Part shown: positions 25,693 through 33,719 of the stretch, piece after piece
Position numbering within the stretch: the stretch's first letter is position 1
Layout of the letters: each line of letters starts with the position of its first letter
Virus record (IMG/VR): IMGVR_UViG_3300022741_000068
Coordinates: 1-36,422 of that record
Direction: 5' to 3' (one strand)
Length of the DNA: 36,422 nucleotides
Origin: a virus
Taxonomy: Duplodnaviria; Caudoviricetes
The notes under the pieces: generated by a model
What the model saw: the letters and a program-made list of their open reading frames with translations, nothing else
What the model was told of the DNA's origin: nothing
The model's database searches: none
Position numbers and translations under genes: made by a program

Positions 25693-26450
25693 AGAGAAGC
25701 GGACTTCTTGCAATGGGCCGGTTTTGGCTCCTCTATCACTTTGCCTGTCTGCTGATCTACCCCATAGACAGTCAGACATTCGCGGCCGCCGAACTTCCTT
25801 TTCAACTCGGCATCTTCGGCCGCAATGGCGGCCTTGATTTGGCTGTCGGTAGCTTTGACCTCTTGTTCGCACTGCTGCTTGGCCTTGCGATACTCGGCTT
25901 CGTCCTTGCGCAAGTATTTCATGCTCTCGACGGTTCGCTCGCGCTTCACGGCGTCCGACAGAATCTGGAGCTTTATGGCCGCATCCTTGCAGTACGCGAA
26001 ATGCTCACGCTGGTCGTTTGGCTGGCGCTCCACTAGCGTGGGCCAGCGCTCAAGTTCAGCTTGCAGAGGCTTCCACACATGCTTGGTGATGCCAGCTCCG
26101 TCTCCGAGCTGGATGCCATCATTCAGGGACTGTTCGGCCTCGTTGATGACTCTCAGCGTGCCTTTGGCGAACTGGCGCGCCTCTGCCAGGTCAAGTGGTT
26201 TCTTAGGTTCCGGCACGTTCGGTTTTTCAGCTGCAGCGGCAGGGGCGGCCTGCTCAGGCTTTGTTTGCGCTGCGGCTACTGCCTGGCTTGGACCTGCAAG
26301 GCTAGCCGTGGCCGTTTCCGCCGGTTCATCTTCCGACACCACCGCGAGAACAAGTACGGCAAGAACGCACCACCCAGTGACTATGCCAGCCTTCTGTGCC
26401 GTGGATCGCTCGGCCCACGGCTTCGTTTCCCACCATTTCCTTGTATTCAA
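25689..26450 (-). CDS. Membrane-anchored hypothetical protein co-oriented with the repressor (lysogenic accessory gene)
   Basis: TTG start, one TM segment, Ala/Pro linker, helical domain with four Cys. Confidence 0.75.
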   Translation of the reverse strand: MNTRKWWETKPWAERSTAQKAGIVTGWCVLAVLVLAVVSEDEPAETATASLAGPSQAVAAAQTKPEQAAPAAAAEKPNVPEPKKPLDLAEARQFAKGTLRVINEAEQSLNDGIQLGDGAGITKHVWKPLQAELERWPTLVERQPNDQREHFAYCKDAAIKLQILSDAVKRERTVESMKYLRKDEAEYRKAKQQCEQEVKATDSQIKAAIAAEDAELKRKFGGRECLTVYGVDQQTGKVIEEPKPAHCKKSASL

Positions 26451-26465
26451 ATTCCATCTCCCTGT

Positions 26466-26542
26466 GGTAGCTGCGCTGCGCGCACCTACGTCGCCTGGGC
26501 TTGCGCCCAGTCCAAGGTAGAGGTCGCGCTGCGCCCTCTACG
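26466..26542. repeat. Cluster of three hairpins, two of them GTAG...CTAC REP-like palindromes
   Basis: GTAGCTGCGC-TGC-GCGCACCTAC, CTGGGC-TTGC-GCCCAG and GTAGAGGTCGC-GCT-GCGCCCTCTAC. Confidence 0.55.
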
Positions 26543-27344
26543 CGCCTTTCGGCGGCCCTTTCCGTTTGCGCGAGGCGACAGCCCGATACGTCCGGTCTAG
26601 GTCATCGTCCGAAATGTCGGCGAGGCTTTCCGCCTTGAAATTCTTGCGTAGGTAGGCGGTCAGCCATGCCTCGTCATTTTTGGTGTTGATCTTGATGTAG
26701 GCGTAGCGGCGCTTGCGCCAGGCATCGTTGTCGGCCACCGGCGCGGAGGCCATCGAGTTCAGACGGCCGATCCATTGGCGCAGGTACTTCTCGGCCTTGT
26801 CGTAGTCCTTGGCAGCGATCAGCAGGTAGCGTGTGACGCCGCAGTGAGCGTTCAACGCTCCCCACACGGCGCGAAAGCCCTTCGGCGTCTTCTTGAGTTT
26901 GGCTTCCAGTTCCACGACATCCTGAACCAGCGCGGTCAGCTTGGCCGCTTGGCTCTCCGAAATGTGCTCATCACCTGGCTTCACCTCGGCCTTCGTGTGC
27001 GTCACATGCTTCTGCGTTGAAACCATGTGAATGGTGGAGCCGTTCTGGGCGAACTGAATCACGTTGGCCGAGCCACCACTGGCGACATGCACCTCCGGCT
27101 TTGCCGCGCTTTCTGCTTCTGCCGCATTGGCCGAACGAACTCCAGTCAAGACGTATTGCACGTCAACACCCATGGAAGCGGATTTCGCCAGCACCTCCGC
27201 CCCAATACCGCTTTGCCCGATCTCATTGAGACGCAGCGTTTCGCTACTGATCCCCAGCTCACGGGCAAACGAAACCCTGCTGTAGCCGATCCTGGCACGT
27301 TCCTCCACAAAGCGGATCGCAATGTCCGCACGCTCAATGGGCAT
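26538..27344 (-). CDS. Immunity repressor: XRE-type HTH plus ORF6C-like C-terminal domain
   Basis: RFVEERARIGYSR..FARELGIS and GVDVQYVLTG motifs; divergent from the Ner-like gene; SD AAGGA. Confidence 0.82.
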   Translation of the reverse strand: MPIERADIAIRFVEERARIGYSRVSFARELGISSETLRLNEIGQSGIGAEVLAKSASMGVDVQYVLTGVRSANAAEAESAAKPEVHVASGGSANVIQFAQNGSTIHMVSTQKHVTHTKAEVKPGDEHISESQAAKLTALVQDVVELEAKLKKTPKGFRAVWGALNAHCGVTRYLLIAAKDYDKAEKYLRQWIGRLNSMASAPVADNDAWRKRRYAYIKINTKNDEAWLTAYLRKNFKAESLADISDDDLDRTYRAVASRKRKGPPKGA

Positions 27345-27354
27345 GCAAATATCC

Positions 27355-27384
27355 TTGCACTACCAAAAATATTTGGTATAGAAT
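27355..27384 (+). promoter_or_regulatory. Early promoter with an operator palindrome filling the spacer
   Basis: TTGCAC (27355-27360), TACCAAA-AATA-TTTGGTA (27361-27378), TAGAAT (27379-27384). Confidence 0.8.
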
Positions 27385-27464
27385 TCAATCACACCGTCCA
27401 ACCACGAACGGCAACTTAAACGGCACTCCGACAAGTGCCAGCCGCCCCTAGTAAGGAGCCAGCC

Positions 27465-27731
27465 ATGAAACTACGTACTGCTGCCGAAGCCCGCGCCGAC
27501 CTTCAAGCGAAGGGCATCTCGATCACCCAGTGGTCTATCGCCAACAAGTTCTCCCCGAACCTCGTCTTTGAAGTCCTGGGCGGCCGCAAGAAGTGCGTGC
27601 GCGGCCAAGCCCATGAGATCGCCGTCAAGCTCGGCATCAAGGAAGGCGAAATCTGCACCGACCCGGCGCGTGCGCTGGAGCGCCGTGAAGGCAGCGACCG
27701 TCGCCATACCACCGAGCGCCGTGCCGCGTGA
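27465..27731 (+). CDS. Ner-like DNA-binding protein (BcepMu gp16-type)
   Basis: GISITQWS...VFEVLGGRKKCVRGQAHEIAVKLGIK; SD AAGGAG; first early gene. Confidence 0.88.
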   Translation: MKLRTAAEARADLQAKGISITQWSIANKFSPNLVFEVLGGRKKCVRGQAHEIAVKLGIKEGEICTDPARALERREGSDRRHTTERRAA

Positions 27732-27782
27732 GGCCAGCCATGACCCATCACATCCTCTGCATGCGCAGCAACGGCAAGCGGG

Positions 27783-28052
27783 TCATGTCATCGACCGTCT
27801 TGTCGGCAATCCTGCGCGCCGCGCAGCCAGGTTCCTCCAACCAACCAGTGTCGTCTGCCCAAGCGTCCCCGGCGGATTCGCCTCTGCCGACAGGCCGTCG
27901 ATGCTCTCGTCAAGCGCCCGAGTTACCTGGGCCGCTGACTCAGCCTGGAGCGCCTGAACAATGGCCGTCATCGTCGCATTGAGCACGTACAGCGAGTCGA
28001 AGACCGTGTCCATGTTGCGGTCCAGCTCCTGCACCAGATCGTCTTTCGCCAT
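27783..28052 (-). CDS. Hypothetical 89-aa protein counter-oriented within the early operon
   Basis: MAKDDLVQELDRNMD...; SD GGAG; candidate promoter TTGCAG-18-GATAAT (28101-28072). Confidence 0.65.
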   Translation of the reverse strand: MAKDDLVQELDRNMDTVFDSLYVLNATMTAIVQALQAESAAQVTRALDESIDGLSAEANPPGTLGQTTLVGWRNLAARRAGLPTRRSMT

Positions 28053-28163
28053 GCTTTTCTCCGAAGTGCGAATTATCCGCTTTTCATCGTATCTGCTGCA
28101 AATCGCTTCCGATAGCTGCAAAAACCGCATTTGTTTGGAAGGCGGCATTTCGGGGAGCTTCCA

Positions 28164-28646
28164 ATGAGCCGCCGCAATTGGAAGCGCATCCAGCCGACCT
28201 CCCTGCGCCATGCGCTGGAGCTGTGCAAGGACTTCGCCAAGGAACGCCACAACCTGTCCGTCGAGCGTATCGCCGAGCGAATGGGGCTGACGGATCACTG
28301 GACCGTCTACAAGTGGATTCAGACCGGCCGCATTCCCGCCAACATGATCCGCCCCTACGAGGCGGCCTGCGGCATCGACTTTGTCACCCGCTGGCTGGCA
28401 GCCAGCTCCGGCCGCCTGCTGATCGACATCCCCACCGGGCGCGGCGTGACCGCCGAGGACATTCTGAGCCTGCATTCGGTGATGAATGCGGCCGCCACAC
28501 AGATTCTCGATTTCTACGAGAAGTCCCCCCGGCCGGACGTTGCCGATGTTCTGGGCGCGATTCAGGAAGCCATGCAGACGCTCGCCTGGCATCGCGGCAA
28601 CGTCGAGAAGCACGCCCAGCCCGAACTTGATTTTCAGGAGGTATGA
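28164..28646 (+). CDS. Early HTH regulatory protein (CII-like)
   Basis: LSVERIAERMG..HWTVYKW..TGRIP helix-turn-helix; SD GGGGAG. Confidence 0.78.
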   Translation: MSRRNWKRIQPTSLRHALELCKDFAKERHNLSVERIAERMGLTDHWTVYKWIQTGRIPANMIRPYEAACGIDFVTRWLAASSGRLLIDIPTGRGVTAEDILSLHSVMNAAATQILDFYEKSPRPDVADVLGAIQEAMQTLAWHRGNVEKHAQPELDFQEV

Positions 28647-28849
28647 CCATGCTCAACAAACAGGAGTGGATCAGCTACGACCTGGCCAAGAAGGTGCCGG
28701 ACATGCGCCGTGGCTTCCGAATCGAAACCAACTACGGGGAAATCGACATCGACGAGGTAGACGCCAAGGCTTTCGCCGATCTGGCCGAGCGCCTGCTGAC
28801 CAAGAAACTCACCTCCCTGCAGGGAGGTGCCGAACATGGCCGCCGCTGA
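28643..28849 (+). CDS. Hypothetical early protein
   Basis: SD AGGAGG, ATGA overlap, phage-typical codon use. Confidence 0.72.
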   Translation: MTMLNKQEWISYDLAKKVPDMRRGFRIETNYGEIDIDEVDAKAFADLAERLLTKKLTSLQGGAEHGRR

Positions 28850-29150
28850 ACCGAAGGGCACCAGCCAGTCCGCCGGCAAGGTGCTGGACGTGCTGAACGT
28901 GTTGCTTGGCAACTTCGCCCACGGCCTGACGCCCACCGAGCTGGCCAAGGCGACCGGCCTGGAGCCCAGCTCCATCACCCGTTACGTGGCGACGCTGGAA
29001 GAGAGGGGCTTTGCCGAACGCATCCCCGAAACGGGCCGCATCCGCCCCTCGTCGCGCTTCGCCCAGCACGCCGTGAGCATCCTGCGCTCGCTCGATTCAG
29101 CTCGGCAGCGGATCGACGAAATCCAGAACCGCCTGACCACTCAACTCTAA
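28836..29150 (+). CDS. IclR-type winged-HTH protein
   Basis: GLTPTELAKATGLEPSSITRYVATLEERGFA; SD GGAGG. Confidence 0.85.
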   Translation: MAAAEPKGTSQSAGKVLDVLNVLLGNFAHGLTPTELAKATGLEPSSITRYVATLEERGFAERIPETGRIRPSSRFAQHAVSILRSLDSARQRIDEIQNRLTTQL

Positions 29151-29160
29151 GGAGAACACG

Positions 29161-30126
29161 ATGGCTCGAAAGCCACTGCAAACCGAGAACACCGCCGTGG
29201 TATTGACCGATGCCGATACCCCGGCGCTGCCCGCGATGCGTGAGGCCGCCAACCAACTGGCGGTCATGCACGAGGAGCGCCAAGCCACGGTGCGCGCCGT
29301 CGCCGCCCAGCTTGGCTACCAGCTGCCGGCCGACTGCACCGACCCTGATCTGATCGCACGCGACATCGCTGCCAACATGCGCCGCAGCGTGGAGGCCTGC
29401 CTGGAAGTTGGGCGCGGTTTGCGGGTGTTGAAGGAGGCGTGCGAGCACGGCAACTTTGTTGCACGCCTTGATGTTCTCGGACTGGATCGGCATGTTGCCG
29501 CCCGATTCATGCAGGCCGCAACCAAGTTCTCAAATGTGCCGTCGACGGCACATTTGACCAAAGCCATCGGCAACCAGACCAAGCTGTTCGAGATGCTGGT
29601 CCTGGACGACGAGCAGCTCGAAGAGCTGGAGCTGACCGGCCAGACCGGCGAGCTGAAGCTCGACGACATCGCCACCATGAGCGTCAAGGAACTGCGGGCC
29701 GCCCTACGCGAAACCCGCGAGAACGCCGAAGCCCAGGCCCGTCTGCTCGCCGACAAGAACAGCAAGATCGACGAACTGGCCGCCAAGCTGACCACCAAGA
29801 AGCCTCGCGTGCAGACCCCGCCGCCCGATGTCGAAGGCGAGGAAATCCGCAAGGAAGCCAGCCAGTTCGCCTTCGAGGCCGAATCGGTGGTGCGCGGCAA
29901 GCTGCGCGCCGCTTTCCAGTCGCTCGCCGAGCACGCTGAGAAGCACGGCATGGCCCACGACGATTTCATGGCCGGCCTGTTGTGCCAGGTCGAGGTGTCC
30001 GTGAAGCAGCTGCGCGGCGAGTTCGGCGTCAAGGAAGCCCCAGACGGTGAAGAGGTGCCGGACTGGCTGCGCGGCGGCGATATCCCCTCGGTCGGACAAG
30101 CGTCCGGCGAACTGGTCGAGGCGTAA
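29161..30126 (+). CDS. DUF3102-like protein preceding the transposase
   Basis: LEVGRGLRVLKEACEHGNF..AARFMQAA and MSVKELRAALRE motifs; SD AAGGAG. Confidence 0.8.
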   Translation: MARKPLQTENTAVVLTDADTPALPAMREAANQLAVMHEERQATVRAVAAQLGYQLPADCTDPDLIARDIAANMRRSVEACLEVGRGLRVLKEACEHGNFVARLDVLGLDRHVAARFMQAATKFSNVPSTAHLTKAIGNQTKLFEMLVLDDEQLEELELTGQTGELKLDDIATMSVKELRAALRETRENAEAQARLLADKNSKIDELAAKLTTKKPRVQTPPPDVEGEEIRKEASQFAFEAESVVRGKLRAAFQSLAEHAEKHGMAHDDFMAGLLCQVEVSVKQLRGEFGVKEAPDGEEVPDWLRGGDIPSVGQASGELVEA

Positions 30127-30129
30127 GTC

Positions 30130-31926
30130 ATGAGTGCCGTCCTGACCGAACGACTGGTAGCCGTGGCCCTGGCTGCCCGGAAGGCCGGGTACGGCGGCAA
30201 GGGGGCCATCTACGACGCTGCGTGCAGCGAGCTGCGCATGTCTCGCGCCACGCTGATGAAGAAGCTCAAGGAGGTATCCGTAGTGGCCCAACGCAAACGC
30301 CGCTCCGATGCAGGTCAAAGCGCCTTGACCCGCGACGAGGCCATGCTGATTTCCGCCGTGCTGATGGAATCTACCCGGAAGAACGGCAAACGCCTCTACT
30401 CTGTGGTCGACGCGGTCGAGACTCTGCGCGCCAACGGGATGATCCGCGCCGAGTACCTGGACACCACGACCGGCGAGCTGCGCCCGCTGTCGGAAAGCAC
30501 CGTCCAGCGCGCCCTGCGCATGTACGGGCTGCACCCCGACCAGTTGCTGGCCCCGGCGCCGGTGACCGAGCTGGCCAGCGACCACCCCAACCACGTGTGG
30601 CAGATCGACGCCAGCCTGTGCGTGCTCTATTACCTGAAGCCCTCGGCCGATGCACGGGCCAATGGCCTGCGCGTCATGGATCACGCCGAGTTCTACAAGA
30701 ACAAGCCGAAGAACGTCGCGCGCATCGCTGCCGACCGGGTGTGGAGCTACGAGATCACCGACCATACCAGCGACTGGATTTACACCGAGTACGTGATGGG
30801 CGCTGAATCGGGCGAGAACCTGTGCTCAGTGCTGATCAACGCCATGCAGGAGCGCGGCGGTGCCGACCTGCTGCACGGTGTGCCGCGCATCCTGATGCTC
30901 GATGCCGGCTCGGCCAACACGGCCGCCATGACCCGCAACCTGTGCCGATCGCTGGGCATCGAGTTGGAAGTTCACAAGGTCGGAAACGCCCGCGCTACCG
31001 GCCAGGTAGAAAACTCCCGCAACATCATCGAGCGCAAGTTCGAGCCGGGCCTAAAGTTCCAGCCGGTCAACAGCCTGGACGAACTGAATGCGCTGGCCAA
31101 GAAGTGGCGCATGCACTTCAATGCCACGGCCATCCACCGGCGCCACAAGCGTACCCGCAGCCAGGTATGGATGGCGATCCGCGCCGACCAGCTGATCAAG
31201 GCCCCTTCGGTCGAGGTCTGCCGCGAGCTGGCGGTGGCAACGCCGGAAAGCCGCAAGGTCACCCCGAAGCTGCGCGTGTCCTTCCAGGGGCGCGAGTACG
31301 ACGTCTCGACAGTGCCGGGCGTGATGGTCGGTGAGAAGGTGATGGTTACCCGCAACCCCTGGCGCGACGACGCGGCCCAGGTGGTGCTGGTGGGCGAAGA
31401 CGGCCACGAAGTTTTCCATGTGGTCAGTGAGGTCCAGAAGACCGAATTCGGCTTCAGCACGGATGCCGCGCGCATCGGCAAGAGCTACAAGCGCCACGCT
31501 GACACCCCGGCACAGACCGCCCTCAAGGACATCGAGCAACTGGTCACCGGCACCGACAGCCAGGCGGCCGCCGAGGCCGCCCGCAAGGCCAAGGCGTTAC
31601 CGTTTGGTGGCCAGCTCGACCCGTACAAGCATATCGACGACGCCACGCTGCCGACCTACTTGCCGCGCCGTGGCACCGCTCACGATCTGCTGGCGCCGAA
31701 AGTGGAGCTGCCGCCGCTTTCCCACGTAGATGCCGCCAAGCAGATCAAGCCGAGGGTCGAGGCTGTCGGCGGCGAATGGACCGCCGACCGCTTCCGGTGG
31801 CTGCAGCAGCGCTATCCGGCCGGCGTTCCCCAAGACCAGCTCGACACGATCGTCGCCGAGCTTTCCGGCCCCCGCGCGGGTCATCAGAAACCGCTGCAAC
31901 TGCTGCGTGCGGCAGGAGGTGAGTGA
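30130..31926 (+). CDS. DDE transposase A (B3/BcepMu type)
   Basis: RKRRSDAG, HPNHVWQIDAS (D), LMLDAGSAN (D), NARATGQVE (E) motifs. Confidence 0.93.
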   Translation: MSAVLTERLVAVALAARKAGYGGKGAIYDAACSELRMSRATLMKKLKEVSVVAQRKRRSDAGQSALTRDEAMLISAVLMESTRKNGKRLYSVVDAVETLRANGMIRAEYLDTTTGELRPLSESTVQRALRMYGLHPDQLLAPAPVTELASDHPNHVWQIDASLCVLYYLKPSADARANGLRVMDHAEFYKNKPKNVARIAADRVWSYEITDHTSDWIYTEYVMGAESGENLCSVLINAMQERGGADLLHGVPRILMLDAGSANTAAMTRNLCRSLGIELEVHKVGNARATGQVENSRNIIERKFEPGLKFQPVNSLDELNALAKKWRMHFNATAIHRRHKRTRSQVWMAIRADQLIKAPSVEVCRELAVATPESRKVTPKLRVSFQGREYDVSTVPGVMVGEKVMVTRNPWRDDAAQVVLVGEDGHEVFHVVSEVQKTEFGFSTDAARIGKSYKRHADTPAQTALKDIEQLVTGTDSQAAAEAARKAKALPFGGQLDPYKHIDDATLPTYLPRRGTAHDLLAPKVELPPLSHVDAAKQIKPRVEAVGGEWTADRFRWLQQRYPAGVPQDQLDTIVAELSGPRAGHQKPLQLLRAAGGE

Positions 31927-33224
31927 TGTTGAAGCTGAAAAGCGTGCTGCAGAAGGCCGGCTGCAAGCAGGCCGACCTGGCCAAGGTGCTGAACGTCTCG
32001 CAGGCGACCGTGGCACAGATCGTCAATCACGGCGAATGGCCGAAGAGCCTGGATGACCTGGACCTGCAGGAGCGCATTTGCGACTTCCTGGAGGCCAAGG
32101 GCGTCGCGCAGGCAGACCTGGCCAGCGTCTTCGAGGAGGTTGATCAGGCCGATGTGCGCGAGCGCATCAACGCCTTCCTCGCCGAGATCGGCGCCGATCC
32201 GGCCGATCTGGTCAGTGTTCTTGAAGCAAAGGTGAGCGAGCCGCGCGCTGTCTTGGCGGATACGGCGGCCCGCTCGGTCCCCAAGTCGAAAACGGCTATC
32301 GAGTCCAACGAGGAGGAATCCATGTTACTGCGCAAACAAACCCTGTTTCCAGCTACCCGCAAACACTTCGGGCTGTTCCGCGACCCGTTCCAGGATGACA
32401 TCCAGTCCCACGAGGACATGTACGTCAGCCCGGACATTCGCTACATCCGCGAGGCGATGTTCCAGACCTCCAAGCACGGCGGCCTGCTCGCCGTGGTGGC
32501 CGAGAGCGGCGCTGGCAAGACCACGCTGATGCGCGATCTGGAAGACCGCATCGTCCGCGAGAACCAGCCGATTCTGCTGATCAAGCCCTATGTGCTGGGG
32601 ATGGAGGACAACGACCAGAAGGGCAAGACCCTGAAGGCCACTCACATTGCTGAGGCGCTGATGGCCGCCGTGGCTCCCTTGGAGAAGCCCAAGTCCAGCC
32701 CCGAGGCCCGCTTCGCGCAACTGCATAAGGCCCTGCGTGAAAGCCATACCGCCGGCTACCGGCATTGTCTGGTGATCGACGAGGCGCACTCGCTGTCGAT
32801 TCCGACCATCAAGCATCTGAAGCGCTTTTTCGAGTTGGAGCTGGGTTTCAAGAAACTGCTGTCGATCGTTCTGATCGGCCAGCCCGAGCTGAAAGCCAAG
32901 CTTTCCGAGCGCAATCAGGATGTGCGCGAAGTGGTGCAACGCTGCGAGATGGTGGAGCTGGCGCCGCTCGACGGCGGCCGCCTCGACGAGTACCTGAAGT
33001 TCAAGTTCGACCGCCTGGGCAAGCCGATCGGCGAGGTGATCGACGTCAGCGGCATCGACGCCTTGCGCGCCAAGCTGACGATCACCAGCACCCGGCGCGA
33101 TCGCCCGGAAACGGTCTCGCTGCTGTATCCGCTGGCAGTGGGCAACCTTTTGACCGCATGCATGAACCTAGCCGCTGAGATCGGTGCGCCGACCGTGACC
33201 GCCGACGTAGTGAAGGGGGTGTGA
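31926..33224 (+). CDS. Transposition ATPase B (ExeA-like AAA+) with N-terminal HTH
   Basis: QADLAKVLNVSQATVAQIVN helix-turn-helix, AESGAGKT Walker A, LVIDEAH Walker B, LIGQPEL. Confidence 0.92.
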   Translation: MLKLKSVLQKAGCKQADLAKVLNVSQATVAQIVNHGEWPKSLDDLDLQERICDFLEAKGVAQADLASVFEEVDQADVRERINAFLAEIGADPADLVSVLEAKVSEPRAVLADTAARSVPKSKTAIESNEEESMLLRKQTLFPATRKHFGLFRDPFQDDIQSHEDMYVSPDIRYIREAMFQTSKHGGLLAVVAESGAGKTTLMRDLEDRIVRENQPILLIKPYVLGMEDNDQKGKTLKATHIAEALMAAVAPLEKPKSSPEARFAQLHKALRESHTAGYRHCLVIDEAHSLSIPTIKHLKRFFELELGFKKLLSIVLIGQPELKAKLSERNQDVREVVQRCEMVELAPLDGGRLDEYLKFKFDRLGKPIGEVIDVSGIDALRAKLTITSTRRDRPETVSLLYPLAVGNLLTACMNLAAEIGAPTVTADVVKGV

Positions 33225-33225
33225 C

Positions 33226-33573
33226 ATGGGCGGCCAGCTTCGTCTCGTCGAGCCGCCCGCCGATTCCTGCAAGGCCGAGCCCCGCGTGCTCTGCCACGAC
33301 ACCCTCGACCGCCTGATCACACTGAATGCCGCTGTGCGCGAGCTGCGCGAGATGGGGTTGCATGTGCTCGAGCAGCACCTGCGAGGCGACTTCCCGGCAC
33401 AGGGCGAACCGACCGTGCTGATCAAGCGCGCCCCTAACCACAGCATCGCGCCGCTGCTTGATGCAGCCGGCCCGCGCCGATGGATTCATGGACCTGTGGG
33501 CAATCTCGGCGCCATTACGACCGCCTACGCGCCGTTTCAGGGCGTTCTCGTGATCTGGGAGGAGCGGGCATGA
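33226..33573 (+). CDS. Hypothetical early protein
   Basis: 1 nt after the ATPase stop; ends AYAPFQGVLVIWEE. Confidence 0.72.
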   Translation: MGGQLRLVEPPADSCKAEPRVLCHDTLDRLITLNAAVRELREMGLHVLEQHLRGDFPAQGEPTVLIKRAPNHSIAPLLDAAGPRRWIHGPVGNLGAITTAYAPFQGVLVIWEERA

Positions 33574-33716
33574 GAGCCGTTGCCATGTGTCCTAACCGCG
33601 ATCCGCCTCTCGGATTACCGAGACGCAGCGTAAGAAACGTGGTCCGGCTTTGCGAAGTGATGGTGGTGCTGGGCCTGGGCAAGAAAAAGAGCATTTCTGG
33701 TTCAAAGAAGGAGTAG
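33570..33716 (+). CDS. Small hypothetical protein (48 aa)
   Basis: SD GGAGGAG, ATGA overlap, ends 3 nt before the next start. Confidence 0.55.
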   Translation: MRAVAMCPNRDPPLGLPRRSVRNVVRLCEVMVVLGLGKKKSISGSKKE

Positions 33717-33719
33717 CAG

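Noticed and set aside
27416-27429. TTAAACGGC half-match to the late promoter dyad
   Set aside because: Second half-site absent, and the hexamer at 23-nt spacing (GTGATT) does not fit the pattern.
27728-27982. + strand 84-aa ORF after the Ner-like gene
   Set aside because: Ser/Pro-rich and mostly the antisense of the better supported - strand ORF; only its first codons might be real.
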